64,000 bases of DNA, taken from a virus (lineage: Duplodnaviria > Heunggongvirae > Uroviricota > Caudoviricetes). A program made the translations under genes and the position numbers. The DNA lies in the IMG/VR virus record IMGVR_UViG_3300017989_000062, positions 85,483 to 149,482 of that record. One strand, 5' to 3'. Shown piece after piece: positions 19,676-29,280 of this stretch; positions within the stretch are counted from its first letter, which is position 1, and each line of letters begins with the position of its first letter. The notes beneath the pieces are model-generated. The model was not told the origin of the DNA, ran no database searches, and saw nothing but the letters and a program-made list of their open reading frames with translations.

Positions 19676-20450
19676 AATTATTGGTTTGGGTGGAGTTGGT
19701 ACATATCTCTGTGATGCATTATGTAGATACTTAAACTATGGAGAAGCTTCTGATATCATTGTTACGATGGTTGATGGAGATTCATACGAGCAAAAGAATC
19801 TACAACGGCAGGTATTCACCGATTTTGGAAATAAAGCTGAAACAAAGAAAGCAGATATGCAGGAGCTTTATGACCGACTGAAGTTTGAGAACATTAACTC
19901 TTTCGTAAATTCAGAAAACATTAGGAGGATAGTGTACAGTGGTGATATCGTGTTTGTGTGTGTTGATAACCATCAGACGAGAAAAGTTGTTTCTGATTAT
20001 GCAACAACCTTGGACGATATTACAATAATTTCGGGCGGTAATGAATTTACCGACGGTAATGTCCAAATTTATGTGAGGAAAGGAGGCATTGATATTACGC
20101 CATCACTTACGGACTACCACCCGGAAATTGAAACCCCAGGTGACCGGTCACCTGAGGATATGGGGTGTGAAGAATTGGCAAAGGCAGCACCACAGCTTTT
20201 GTTTACCAACCTAACAGTAGCTACGATTATGTGTTGGGTATTCTACGCACTTATTCTGCAAAAAGATCCAGTTGCATTTGCAGAGATTTATTTTGACCTT
20301 GAGACCATGAGCGTGAGATCTCAAATCAGAAAACCAGTAACGAAAGGAGTTCGATCGAATGACCAAAGTAACGTTGAACGAAAAGACAGTAGCGGAACTA
20401 CGCCAAATGTGTCGGGATCAGGATATTCCTGGTATGAGCAAGAAGCGTAA
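19665..20450 (+). CDS. ThiF/MoeB/E1-like adenylyltransferase (E1-like subunit a)
   Basis: Rossmann 'IIGLGGVGTYL' and 'DGDSYEQKNLQRQVF', which is ThiF-family Dx-D...NLxRQ. GGAGG RBS before MRIKIIGLGG. Confidence 0.65.
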   Translation: MRIKIIGLGGVGTYLCDALCRYLNYGEASDIIVTMVDGDSYEQKNLQRQVFTDFGNKAETKKADMQELYDRLKFENINSFVNSENIRRIVYSGDIVFVCVDNHQTRKVVSDYATTLDDITIISGGNEFTDGNVQIYVRKGGIDITPSLTDYHPEIETPGDRSPEDMGCEELAKAAPQLLFTNLTVATIMCWVFYALILQKDPVAFAEIYFDLETMSVRSQIRKPVTKGVRSNDQSNVERKDSSGTTPNVSGSGYSWYEQEA

Positions 20451-20850
20451 GGATGTCATCATTGACGCAATTTTGAAAGCCAACAGGACAACAACCAAGG
20501 CAGCTTCTTCTGGAAGAAAGAAGGCTGGACATATGGCTGCGTTGGCAACACAAGCTGGTGTGGAACAAGTTACCAAGGCTGATTTCCAAATGTCAAGCGT
20601 TTTGACTCATCCATCGAAAAAGCCTGGGGATAGATGTACCACGGCTATTCGAGTATCCTGTGGCGCCAACTCTGGCAAGTTCCCAGTGACTGGCAAGACA
20701 GTCGGGGCAGTTGGTGAGTTCTTGAGGGAAGTCCTCAATGTTGATAGACTCGCCGAGGGTATTGTAAACGGTGACAAGGTTGACGGAGCTTACGTTCTCA
20801 AAGATGGGGATGATCTTGAGTTCTTGAAACCCGCAGGCCGTAAAGGCTAG
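20359..20850 (+). CDS. SAP/Rho-N-like domain fused to a ThiS/MoaD-like beta-grasp (ubiquitin-like) domain
   Basis: The N-terminal 'TVAELRQMCRDQDIPGMSKKRKDVIIDAIL' has a SAP/HeH pattern. The C-terminal 'VNGDKVDGAYVLKDGDDLEFLKPAGRKG*' resembles the ThiS/MoaD end 'NG..V....LKDGDEV.i.PPVSGG'. AAGGAG RBS. Confidence 0.55.
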   Translation: MTKVTLNEKTVAELRQMCRDQDIPGMSKKRKDVIIDAILKANRTTTKAASSGRKKAGHMAALATQAGVEQVTKADFQMSSVLTHPSKKPGDRCTTAIRVSCGANSGKFPVTGKTVGAVGEFLREVLNVDRLAEGIVNGDKVDGAYVLKDGDDLEFLKPAGRKG

Positions 20851-20860
20851 TATCTGAGCT

Positions 20861-20900
20861 AAGGAGTAGCTCGGTTACTAGTAGTCGGGCTACTCCTTTC
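20861..20900 (+). terminator. Strong stem-loop / terminator candidate after the Ubl-like gene
   Basis: 10-bp perfect stem AAGGAGTAGC/GCTACTCCTT with an 18-nt loop containing the TACTAGTA palindrome, followed by TTTCTT. Confidence 0.5.
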
Positions 20901-20915
20901 TTAAAAGGAGATAGT

Positions 20916-21509
20916 ATGGATGGAGTTAGTGTTGTAGAAGAACATCCCGACTACTATGTGCTTGAAAAAGATGGAGAGCAATTTGAAGCTCTTAAAATTA
21001 AGAAAGATGTAGTACAAAAAATACAAGACGAATCAAATCGAAAGGTTGCAGAAAAACTTACTAAAGATGATATGTACCAATTACTTTCTACTCTTACAGA
21101 TATTATGAATGATATCCCAACAGTAGAGACTTTCGAATTTGTAACAAATAAGCTGGCTGATTATCTACAAGTATTGTATGATAAAGTCGGCAGACCCAAC
21201 TTGTTTCATCATCCAATTAAGAATCTTCATACTGAGTGTTACGGGAAAGCTCAAACGTTTATGAAGGAAGTGTTACAATTATACGAGACAGCCATCGAGA
21301 TTGCTGAAATGATGAAAGAAATGGGAAAGTTGTCTGAAGTAGAGACAGCTCAAATACCCTATAAAAAATATACGATTCAATTCAATGGTGAAGGTTCAAC
21401 ATACTTTACATCTGATTTGGTCCAATTATCTGAAAAGCACAGAGATGAAGGGAAAGATGTTAAACTAAGGCAACAAGCGATACATAGAACTTTTACAAAA
21501 ATCGCTTGA
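20916..21509 (+). CDS. Hypothetical protein within the E1/E2 operon
   Basis: ORF with a GGAG RBS; no recognisable motif. Confidence 0.45.
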   Translation: MDGVSVVEEHPDYYVLEKDGEQFEALKIKKDVVQKIQDESNRKVAEKLTKDDMYQLLSTLTDIMNDIPTVETFEFVTNKLADYLQVLYDKVGRPNLFHHPIKNLHTECYGKAQTFMKEVLQLYETAIEIAEMMKEMGKLSEVETAQIPYKKYTIQFNGEGSTYFTSDLVQLSEKHRDEGKDVKLRQQAIHRTFTKIA

Positions 21510-21584
21510 TTTGTGAAACAAATTTATTTATAAAGAACAAATAACAAACCTTATAGGTCTAGAGAGAAAAGATGGAGGATACCC

Positions 21585-22460
21585 GTGGAGAAAGTGGCGA
21601 TTGTAGGGTGCGGTAGTTTGGGTAGTCATTTAGCACAAAGTCTCTCAGAGCTTGACGAAGTGAAAGAACTCGTGTTGATTGATCACGATAAGGTTGAGAA
21701 GAGAAATCTCAGAAACGCGTGTTTTAGAAAAGGAGATATTGGAACATATAAAACAGAAGCAGTATGCTCGTCAATTACACAAAGAAGAGATGATATTGTG
21801 TTGACAGCTGTAAATGAGAAGTTTCTTGAAGGACAAACCCCAATACCAGAGTGTGATCTGGTTATTGATTGCAGAGATTATGTATATGATCGAAAGGGTA
21901 GCATTCATGTTCGAATGTATATGTCTTCAAGATATCTAATTGTTGATGGCCGACAAGATGTCGAGTATGCTGCAAATCATCAAGGACGTTATTTACATAA
22001 ACTCACCAAAACAGATCTTAGAGTGGCAGCATTTAGTGCTTCTACTTTAATACAAAAAGGTCTCATTTCAGATATTATCAACAAACAACTTATCCATAAA
22101 ATTGAGTTGGATTATCTCAATCGTGATATAGCACAAAGTATGGCACTTGTTAGAAGAGCGCCGGATGAAATTTTGGAATATCAAGATGGAGAAAAGAAAC
22201 TCACCAACCTTTATGAAAATCTACCTCGAATAAAAGAGATGAATCAAATGAATCCAGTCTTCATATTCGTAGGTAGTAAGGATTATCCAATCGTTAAACG
22301 AAAAATACCGGCAGGGTCAATACGAGATTCAAATGACGCAATTGCCTGCTTGATTTCCTCACTCGACTTACCTTTTGTATTTAACACTTACATAGTATCA
22401 CCTGGCTGTGATAATGGTTGTCATTACGTAGAGTTAATAGCAGAAACAGGAGCAGCATAA
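21585..22460 (+). CDS. ThiF/E1-like adenylyltransferase (E1-like subunit b; GTG start)
   Basis: 'VAIVGCGSLGSHLAQ' Rossmann and 'LIDHDKVEKRNLRNACF'. GGAGG RBS before the GTG start. Confidence 0.6.
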   Translation: MEKVAIVGCGSLGSHLAQSLSELDEVKELVLIDHDKVEKRNLRNACFRKGDIGTYKTEAVCSSITQRRDDIVLTAVNEKFLEGQTPIPECDLVIDCRDYVYDRKGSIHVRMYMSSRYLIVDGRQDVEYAANHQGRYLHKLTKTDLRVAAFSASTLIQKGLISDIINKQLIHKIELDYLNRDIAQSMALVRRAPDEILEYQDGEKKLTNLYENLPRIKEMNQMNPVFIFVGSKDYPIVKRKIPAGSIRDSNDAIACLISSLDLPFVFNTYIVSPGCDNGCHYVELIAETGAA

Positions 22461-22484
22461 ATAAGGGTATGGAGGAGAACACAA

Positions 22485-22823
22485 ATGATTACTGTCCCGG
22501 TTCAAGTAGAAATAGTTCCAGATAGATTGATCTTTAAACAACAAGTAAAACCAATTATAGATGTTGACGAGAAATTTGTGTTCTATGGGTTCACAATGCA
22601 ATTTTCAGATGATAATCTTCTGAGAAGGGTAAAAATACCTGGAGTGCATCCAAACTGTGACCCAAGCTCTGGTTTACTATGTTTGCCTAAAGATCTTGAA
22701 TTTCAACAAAGAAGCGAGTTTCTTATTCCAACTGTAATCAGTCTTCTAAAAACTTTTAACTTAGATGATAGCTATTTTCAGCCCTGGAATGAGTTTGAAT
22801 GGATTGAAAGCAAGGAGGATTAA
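22485..22823 (+). CDS. UBC-like E2 ubiquitin-conjugating enzyme homologue
   Basis: 'VKIPGVHPNCDPSSGLLCLPKDL...VISLLKTFN' matches the E2 HPN-x(3-5)-G-x-[IL]CL...SLL core (about 22641-22690). Confidence 0.55.
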   Translation: MITVPVQVEIVPDRLIFKQQVKPIIDVDEKFVFYGFTMQFSDDNLLRRVKIPGVHPNCDPSSGLLCLPKDLEFQQRSEFLIPTVISLLKTFNLDDSYFQPWNEFEWIESKED

Positions 22824-22825
22824 AA

Positions 22826-23080
22826 ATGGAAGTGAAGACCGCGTTAAAAAATCTTGGAGAAAAGCTAAGACCTGTCGTTGTAGAACTTATTCAAGGTTTG
22901 GAAAAACCAATGAAAGAGGGAGGAGAAAAAGCGGCGCAAATTTTGCTAGCTGAGGCACAAGGAAAGATAGCAAAACAATGGGATAAAGGTAAAGACAAAA
23001 TCATTAAGAAATTAGAGAATGAGGAGGGGGATACAGATGCCCAAGAAAGCGAAACCGCAGGATCTGGAGAAACTCTCTAG
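22826..23080 (+). CDS. Hypothetical small protein
   Basis: ORF with an RBS. Confidence 0.35.
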   Translation: MEVKTALKNLGEKLRPVVVELIQGLEKPMKEGGEKAAQILLAEAQGKIAKQWDKGKDKIIKKLENEEGDTDAQESETAGSGETL

Positions 23081-23294
23081 CCTGTTTGGTAACCTAATGG
23101 ATTTGGAGAATGTGGCAACATCATTTGTTGAGGATATCGTTGAAAAGAAACAAGCCAAACTAACCAAAAAAGATATCAAAACAATTTCTCAAGATCTGAT
23201 GCCTGATTTGGACAAGATGATTTCTAAAAGAGTGAAAGAACATTTACAATTCTTAGTCGATACATTGAATAAAGCAATTAAAAAGGGGGAGTAA
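23037..23294 (+). CDS. Hypothetical small protein
   Basis: GGAGGGGG RBS before MPKKAKPQ. Confidence 0.35.
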   Translation: MPKKAKPQDLEKLSSLFGNLMDLENVATSFVEDIVEKKQAKLTKKDIKTISQDLMPDLDKMISKRVKEHLQFLVDTLNKAIKKGE

Positions 23295-23297
23295 CTT

Positions 23298-25997
23298 ATG
23301 CCATGCCTTCTGGACTATGCACAATTCTGTGAAGAATTACCCGAAGTTAGATCCTCAAAAATCATGGATAAGAAACATTTTCATCCAGAGGGTTTATTTT
23401 CGGAGCAAATCTTTGGTCCTCTTAAAAACTATACGTGTCAATGCGGAACCTACCATGGAGTGTCAAAGTCTGGAGGGACATGTGGTGAATGCGGTGTTGA
23501 CATTGTAAATAGTGATGAGAGACGTCGGAGATTTGCAAAAATTATACTGCCGATAGAGGTTATGAATCCAGTATTTTATGATTTGATTGCTGATGTGGGC
23601 GGTAAAGATATTAAAGGTGCGATTGATACACTTTTGAAAAAAGAAGATGCTGTTATGTATATGGATGAAGAAGAATTTGTTGTGACAACTCAAGAGCATC
23701 TTCCTGAGAATGTGACCAAATGGGAACGTCTGGAAGCAATTAATGAACTAGTTACTGGTCTTGCAGATAAGTTATGTGTGGAGATGGATGAATGGCAGTT
23801 AATTAAAAATAATATTGACAGGTTATTCTTAAGGTCAATTATCGTTCTACCTCCAGATCTTAGACCAGCGGCAAAAGGTGTTGAAAGAAATAGCCAGGTC
23901 GTGGATAAGATTAATCGTTTCTATAATCAAATCCTAAACAAAAAAGAAACTATGGAAGCAACGCTAGTTGACGTGTTGCGAGATAAGCAACTTTTCTATA
24001 GTTACTTTAAACAATTACAAAAAGACGTCAATGATCTATACAGTCACATAGTAGAAAAAATGTCTAAGAAGGAAGGTTTGATTCGAGGAAACATTCTTGG
24101 CAAACGAATTGATTTCTCTGGTCGAGCTGTTATTATTCCTGATCCAACGATTAACCTTGATGAGTGTGTTTTGCCGTATGCAATGGTTTTAGAATTATTT
24201 AAGTTGCAAATTGCAAAGAAGTTAATTGATATAGAGAAATTCAAAACCTTGAATCAAGGAATTGATTTTGTTGATGAATGTATTGAATATCAAATACCCG
24301 TCTTGTTCAAGATTTGCCAAGAGATGGTTAAAGGTGAAGTGTGTTTGCTTAACCGTCAACCATCACTACATAGACTCAGTATGCTAGGGTTTAAGGTCCA
24401 GGTATCTCTTGATAATGTTATTAAGATTCATCCTTTAGCCTGCCCTCCATTTAACGCAGACTTTGATGGAGATCAGATGGCAGTTTATATCCCTATATCC
24501 AAGAAAACAAAAGAAGAGGTTCTTGAGAAGTTTCTTATTACAAGAAATTTTACAAACCCAGCTAATGAAAGTCTCACAACCACACCCAGTCAAGATATCA
24601 TTTTGGGTATTTATACGCTTACAAATAATGAGTTTCCACAGTTGCAGAAAACAGTTGAATTGAAGGGTTCTATGATATCAGAAGGAAGAGCATTGTTCAA
24701 TAAATGTCTTCCAGAAGATTATCCAGTTGTTGACGAAGTGGTTCGAGCAAAAGATCTAATGAAAATATTGGATCGAATTAAGCGAGAATATAGTTACCAA
24801 ATACTGGCAGTAGTCCTAGATGAAATTAAACGTCTGGGTTTTAAATATAGTACATTATATGGTTCTTCTATGTCACTACAAGCATCTCGAGTAGAAGGAG
24901 CCAATGAATTACAAAAAAGTCTGTATGTAGATGATGATATTAGGGAACAGTTAAATAAAGTTTCTAGTAATGTAACACAAAAATTTCTGGAAGATCACTT
25001 TTCATATTCCTATATGATTGAGTCTGGAGCGAGAGGTTCATGGGATCAGGTTAGACAAATAGTACTAACTCGAGGATTTATCTCTAACTTCAAAGGTCAA
25101 ATTATTCCTCATCCAATTAAACACAGTTTTCTTAACGGGTTGACTCAGAAAGAGTTCTTTGATTCAACTTATGGAAGTCGAAAAGGGTTGCTGGACGTTG
25201 CTCTAAATACTGGCTCGTCAGGCTATCTTTCTAGAAAACTAATCTTTGCTTGCACCAATTTGATTCTGAACACAGATGTTGAAGATTGTGGTACAACAGA
25301 TTTCTTAGAAGTCTTTGTGGCAGATAAAAAGAAAGCAAGGATGTTGATTGGGAAATGGATGAAGACTGATAACGGGTTGGTTGCAATTACAGAAGAAAAC
25401 AATCAAAGTCTTGAAGGCACAACTATACAAGTAAGAAGTCCTATTTTCTGTAAGAATCCAGGTATCTGCTGTAAGTGTTATGGGGAGTTGTATAAAACCA
25501 TAGACAGTAGATTTGTAGGAGTTATTGCTGCTCAGTCAATGGGAGAAACAAATACTCAGTTAGTTTTAAGAACCTTCCATACAAGTGGGGTTGCTGTTAT
25601 TAAGGATCTCCAAGATGAAGATATGAAGCAAATGGATATTGTAAACGATTTGTCTATAGCTTCAAAGTTACTTCATCAGTTTAAAGGTGAAACACACACA
25701 TCCTTAGTTCATAAACTTTGTGAAGTGTATAATAACAGTCGATCAATACATCATGTTCATTTTGAATGTGTGGTAGCTCAGTTAATGTGGTTTGGTTATA
25801 CAAAATGGCGATTGTTACATAACAGAGATAAATACGCACCAGAATTTCACTCTGTGCAGACTGTTCCTTCATACGAGAGTTGGTTATTGGCTCTAGCATT
25901 CTCCAACCCGAAGCGAAGTATCCTAAAGGGTATTCTCTACAGTGGTCGGTATACTGGAGTTATGGATACAATTCTGAAGGGAGGTATGGTTGTATGA
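23298..25997 (+). CDS. Multisubunit RNA polymerase beta-prime-like subunit (unsplit)
   Basis: N-terminal zinc-binding 'CQCGTY...CGECGV'. The universal catalytic motif 'NADFDGDQMAV' at about 24441-24480. Confidence 0.85.
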   Translation: MPCLLDYAQFCEELPEVRSSKIMDKKHFHPEGLFSEQIFGPLKNYTCQCGTYHGVSKSGGTCGECGVDIVNSDERRRRFAKIILPIEVMNPVFYDLIADVGGKDIKGAIDTLLKKEDAVMYMDEEEFVVTTQEHLPENVTKWERLEAINELVTGLADKLCVEMDEWQLIKNNIDRLFLRSIIVLPPDLRPAAKGVERNSQVVDKINRFYNQILNKKETMEATLVDVLRDKQLFYSYFKQLQKDVNDLYSHIVEKMSKKEGLIRGNILGKRIDFSGRAVIIPDPTINLDECVLPYAMVLELFKLQIAKKLIDIEKFKTLNQGIDFVDECIEYQIPVLFKICQEMVKGEVCLLNRQPSLHRLSMLGFKVQVSLDNVIKIHPLACPPFNADFDGDQMAVYIPISKKTKEEVLEKFLITRNFTNPANESLTTTPSQDIILGIYTLTNNEFPQLQKTVELKGSMISEGRALFNKCLPEDYPVVDEVVRAKDLMKILDRIKREYSYQILAVVLDEIKRLGFKYSTLYGSSMSLQASRVEGANELQKSLYVDDDIREQLNKVSSNVTQKFLEDHFSYSYMIESGARGSWDQVRQIVLTRGFISNFKGQIIPHPIKHSFLNGLTQKEFFDSTYGSRKGLLDVALNTGSSGYLSRKLIFACTNLILNTDVEDCGTTDFLEVFVADKKKARMLIGKWMKTDNGLVAITEENNQSLEGTTIQVRSPIFCKNPGICCKCYGELYKTIDSRFVGVIAAQSMGETNTQLVLRTFHTSGVAVIKDLQDEDMKQMDIVNDLSIASKLLHQFKGETHTSLVHKLCEVYNNSRSIHHVHFECVVAQLMWFGYTKWRLLHNRDKYAPEFHSVQTVPSYESWLLALAFSNPKRSILKGILYSGRYTGVMDTILKGGMVV

Positions 25998-26224
25998 TAA
26001 GTTATTTACATACAATGAGGCGACCAAGAAAACCAGCTATGAAACCAGGATACAATATCTGGAGTCTTAACGGGTTTTGGTATTGGTCGTATGTTTCATC
26101 AAATGGAACAATGATGGCGAAGTGTGGTGCAGGTTTAACATCCAAAGCAAACATACAGAGATCACTGAACAGATTTATCAAGCTAGTAAAAACATATTAC
26201 ACTCCAATTCATTTTCACGACTAG
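25994..26224 (+). CDS. Possible small Trp/Tyr-rich ORF between the RNAP subunit genes
   Basis: ORF 25880..26224 continues past the beta-prime stop. Only the part after the internal Met can be independent. No RBS evaluated. Confidence 0.2.
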   Translation: MISYLHTMRRPRKPAMKPGYNIWSLNGFWYWSYVSSNGTMMAKCGAGLTSKANIQRSLNRFIKLVKTYYTPIHFHD

Positions 26225-26238
26225 GGAGGAGGAACACA

Positions 26239-29200
26239 TTGAAATTTGTTAATCCGATGTTTAAACCTAAGGAAGATAACATCTTTCTTATACGACAACG
26301 GGAATTTGATGCATTAGAATCCACAATTCTTCAAATATTGCAACCAGTTGTTGATATTGGTTTTGAAATTGTGGATTTCGGCATTAAAGATCCAAAAATG
26401 GCATCAGGAGAATTACAACCAACCCTTAGAAAGAATTTAATTATCAAATTACAAAGAGGGACGTCAAACATTGATCTCTCTATGCAAATACCAGCTCTAA
26501 TTGATGACAACTATATTATCATCAATGGAAGAAAGAAAATCCCTCTGTTTCAATTATTTGATATTCCTGTTGTGACAAGGGGGAAAGCAATTAAAATTAG
26601 AACTAACGTCGCTACTATGATGTTGTTTGAGGAAAAGAATCCACCCTACGTCTATCTTAGTATATTGGGAAAAAGGGTTCCATTCTGTATGATTATGTTT
26701 GCGAAGTATGGTTATGAAGTATTAGATAGTCGATTTGATTTTGCGAATCTCGATCCATCGTTGGATACGATTTACGGAAAGCTTCTATATGATTTGAAAC
26801 TAATGTATGAAGCTGGAGAATCTACCCAAGTGGACATCTTTCGAGAAATTGGTAGAATCTACTCCAAGTATAACTTCTTGGCGAAGGGTGAAACATTACT
26901 CTATGCTCTCGACATCATGCTTGCAGTAGATCCATACTCTGCAAAATTCTTTAAGACAGATTCCGTTATTGAGGAATTTATCGACGTTATGCAGAATCCA
27001 GATTACGATGATACCGACTATCAAAATAAAAGAATCAGGTGTTTTGAGTATGCCGTAGCATCAAAGGTTTCCAAAGCTGTATTTGATTTATGTCTTGCTC
27101 ACAGAACCACAAGAAATGCCAAATTCAATGTCAACTCAACAAAAATACTGACTGAATGCAATGTGTCTGATATTGTTCAGTTCGATTTCTCTATTAATCC
27201 AATTGAAGAGTTAACCAAACTTTCAAGAACTAGTTTGGTAGGACCTGGTGGATTTAAACGAGAAAATGTTCCTGAGCATCTCAGAGATCTTAGCGACACA
27301 ATGTTTGGTCGAATGTGTCCTGTTGATACTCCTGATCGAGATAACTGCGGAGTATTGCAGAATCTTTTAGTTAACACAAAGTTTGACGAGAATCTCAGAT
27401 TTACAAATGAAACTCTTGTGGATGCACCAATCTCTATCCCAGTATCAATGGTTCCATTTCTCGAACATGATGATCAGACCAGACTGCAAATGGCTTCTTC
27501 ACAGATGAGACAAGCTGTATTGTTAAAGAAGTTTGATACACCAATGGTCCAATCTGGGTGTGAAGGATTATATACAGATCATACTCAGTTTGTAAAACTT
27601 GCTAAGAAAAATGGAGAAGTTGTTTATATCAATGACAAACATATGATCGTTGTTTATGATGACAAATCTATTGACATCTTCAACGTTGGATATCGAAAAA
27701 TCTATGTTGAAAACATGGATTTAATTAATGTATATGTCAAACAGGGAGATAAGTTCAAAGCAGGTGATATACTTGCTGAAAGCAACTATTGTACCGATGG
27801 TAGTATAAACATTGGTAAAAATTTACTTACGGGAGTTATGATCTATTATGGTCATAATTATGAGGATGGTATTGTTATCTCAGACAGGTTGGTAAATGAT
27901 GGGTCTTTTACATCAGTACATTATAGAGACTTCTCATTCACATTACCACCAGATAAGGTTCTTCTGAGTCTTGAAGAAGATTCATATAAACCTCTACCTG
28001 ATGTATTTGACAAGGTTACGATTGGTTCTACGTACGCTATTATGAAGAAGGTTCCACAGGGTCCAACAGACTTCTGTTCAATCTTTGAAGAGCCGATTGA
28101 ACTTACAACAAAAAAGTCCGTAGTAATTACTGAAGTTAACATTTACCCCAATACATGGAATGAAGGTATTCCAGAGTTTAAAGATTGGGTTGAAGCAAAA
28201 ATTGAAACTCAATTACAAAAAGAGAAAGAAATACAAGACATATTAAAGTCTCACTTACCAAAAGAAGTTGTGTCAAGATATATTAGAGACAATGGATTCG
28301 ATAAGAGTAGTTTTGTTAGAAAATACAAGGTGAAGAAAGAAAAGGTTAATGGTATACAAGTTGAGATGTATGGTATATACACTCGCAAAATACAAGTTGG
28401 AGATAAGATCGGAAATCGGCATGGTAACAAAGGTGTTATTTCAACTATAGTTCCTCATGAAATGATGCCCCAACTAGCTGATGGACGACATGTAGATATT
28501 TGCATTAACCCACTCGGAATTATCAGTCGAATGAACATTGGTCAATTATTTGAATTACATTTGAGCATGGCTTTAGATGATCTCAAGAAGAATCTTTTGA
28601 AAATGATAGAGAATAAACAAGGTCAAGCACAACTTAAATTATATTTAACTGGTTTTTACAAGGCAATTGATAATACAAAAACTGGTTGGTATACAAAACA
28701 ATATATGGAGCAAATACCCGAAGTCATTGATAAAGACTTTGTTGAGCATCTTACAGTAATACAACCGCCATTTGAATCTGTTACTGCAACCATGCTTGAA
28801 GAAGTTCTAAAGTATACAGAAACATCATTTGAACAGAAACTCTTAGATCCAGTTTCTGGACAACATTTGTTAAATACTGTCGCAGTTGGGTTCATGTACT
28901 TCTTTAGAATGGTTCATATTGCTGAGTCAAGATTAGCAGCGAGAGGGATTGGATCATATGCAAGAAGAACATTACAACCGTTAGCCGGGAGAAAAAATAA
29001 AGGTGGACAAAGACTTGGTGAAATGGAAACAGCATGTCTAATTGCTCACGATGCACCATACAATATAGCTGAATTCTTAACTACAAAATCAGACTGTATT
29101 GATATGAAAAATAGATTTCTTAGAAATACAATTGAAACTGACTTACTAAAAGATGAAAGCAATGGGGATTCAATAGTGGCTGAATCAGTTAAGTTACTTG

Positions 29201-29280
29201 AAGCCTATTTGCTTGCGATTGGAGTGCAGCCAAATGACAGACGTCAAACACAAACCGAGGATAGCGGTATACGCGGGTAG
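26239..29280 (+). CDS. Multisubunit RNA polymerase beta-like subunit (unsplit)
   Basis: 'GDKIGNRHGNKGVIS' matches bacterial beta 'GDKxAGRHGNKGVIS' (about 28408-28440). GGGAGGAGG RBS with TTG at 26239 or ATG at 26257 as possible starts; the ORF-track start at 26077 is likely too far upstream. Confidence 0.85.
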   Translation: MKFVNPMFKPKEDNIFLIRQREFDALESTILQILQPVVDIGFEIVDFGIKDPKMASGELQPTLRKNLIIKLQRGTSNIDLSMQIPALIDDNYIIINGRKKIPLFQLFDIPVVTRGKAIKIRTNVATMMLFEEKNPPYVYLSILGKRVPFCMIMFAKYGYEVLDSRFDFANLDPSLDTIYGKLLYDLKLMYEAGESTQVDIFREIGRIYSKYNFLAKGETLLYALDIMLAVDPYSAKFFKTDSVIEEFIDVMQNPDYDDTDYQNKRIRCFEYAVASKVSKAVFDLCLAHRTTRNAKFNVNSTKILTECNVSDIVQFDFSINPIEELTKLSRTSLVGPGGFKRENVPEHLRDLSDTMFGRMCPVDTPDRDNCGVLQNLLVNTKFDENLRFTNETLVDAPISIPVSMVPFLEHDDQTRLQMASSQMRQAVLLKKFDTPMVQSGCEGLYTDHTQFVKLAKKNGEVVYINDKHMIVVYDDKSIDIFNVGYRKIYVENMDLINVYVKQGDKFKAGDILAESNYCTDGSINIGKNLLTGVMIYYGHNYEDGIVISDRLVNDGSFTSVHYRDFSFTLPPDKVLLSLEEDSYKPLPDVFDKVTIGSTYAIMKKVPQGPTDFCSIFEEPIELTTKKSVVITEVNIYPNTWNEGIPEFKDWVEAKIETQLQKEKEIQDILKSHLPKEVVSRYIRDNGFDKSSFVRKYKVKKEKVNGIQVEMYGIYTRKIQVGDKIGNRHGNKGVISTIVPHEMMPQLADGRHVDICINPLGIISRMNIGQLFELHLSMALDDLKKNLLKMIENKQGQAQLKLYLTGFYKAIDNTKTGWYTKQYMEQIPEVIDKDFVEHLTVIQPPFESVTATMLEEVLKYTETSFEQKLLDPVSGQHLLNTVAVGFMYFFRMVHIAESRLAARGIGSYARRTLQPLAGRKNKGGQRLGEMETACLIAHDAPYNIAEFLTTKSDCIDMKNRFLRNTIETDLLKDESNGDSIVAESVKLLEAYLLAIGVQPNDRRQTQTEDSGIRG

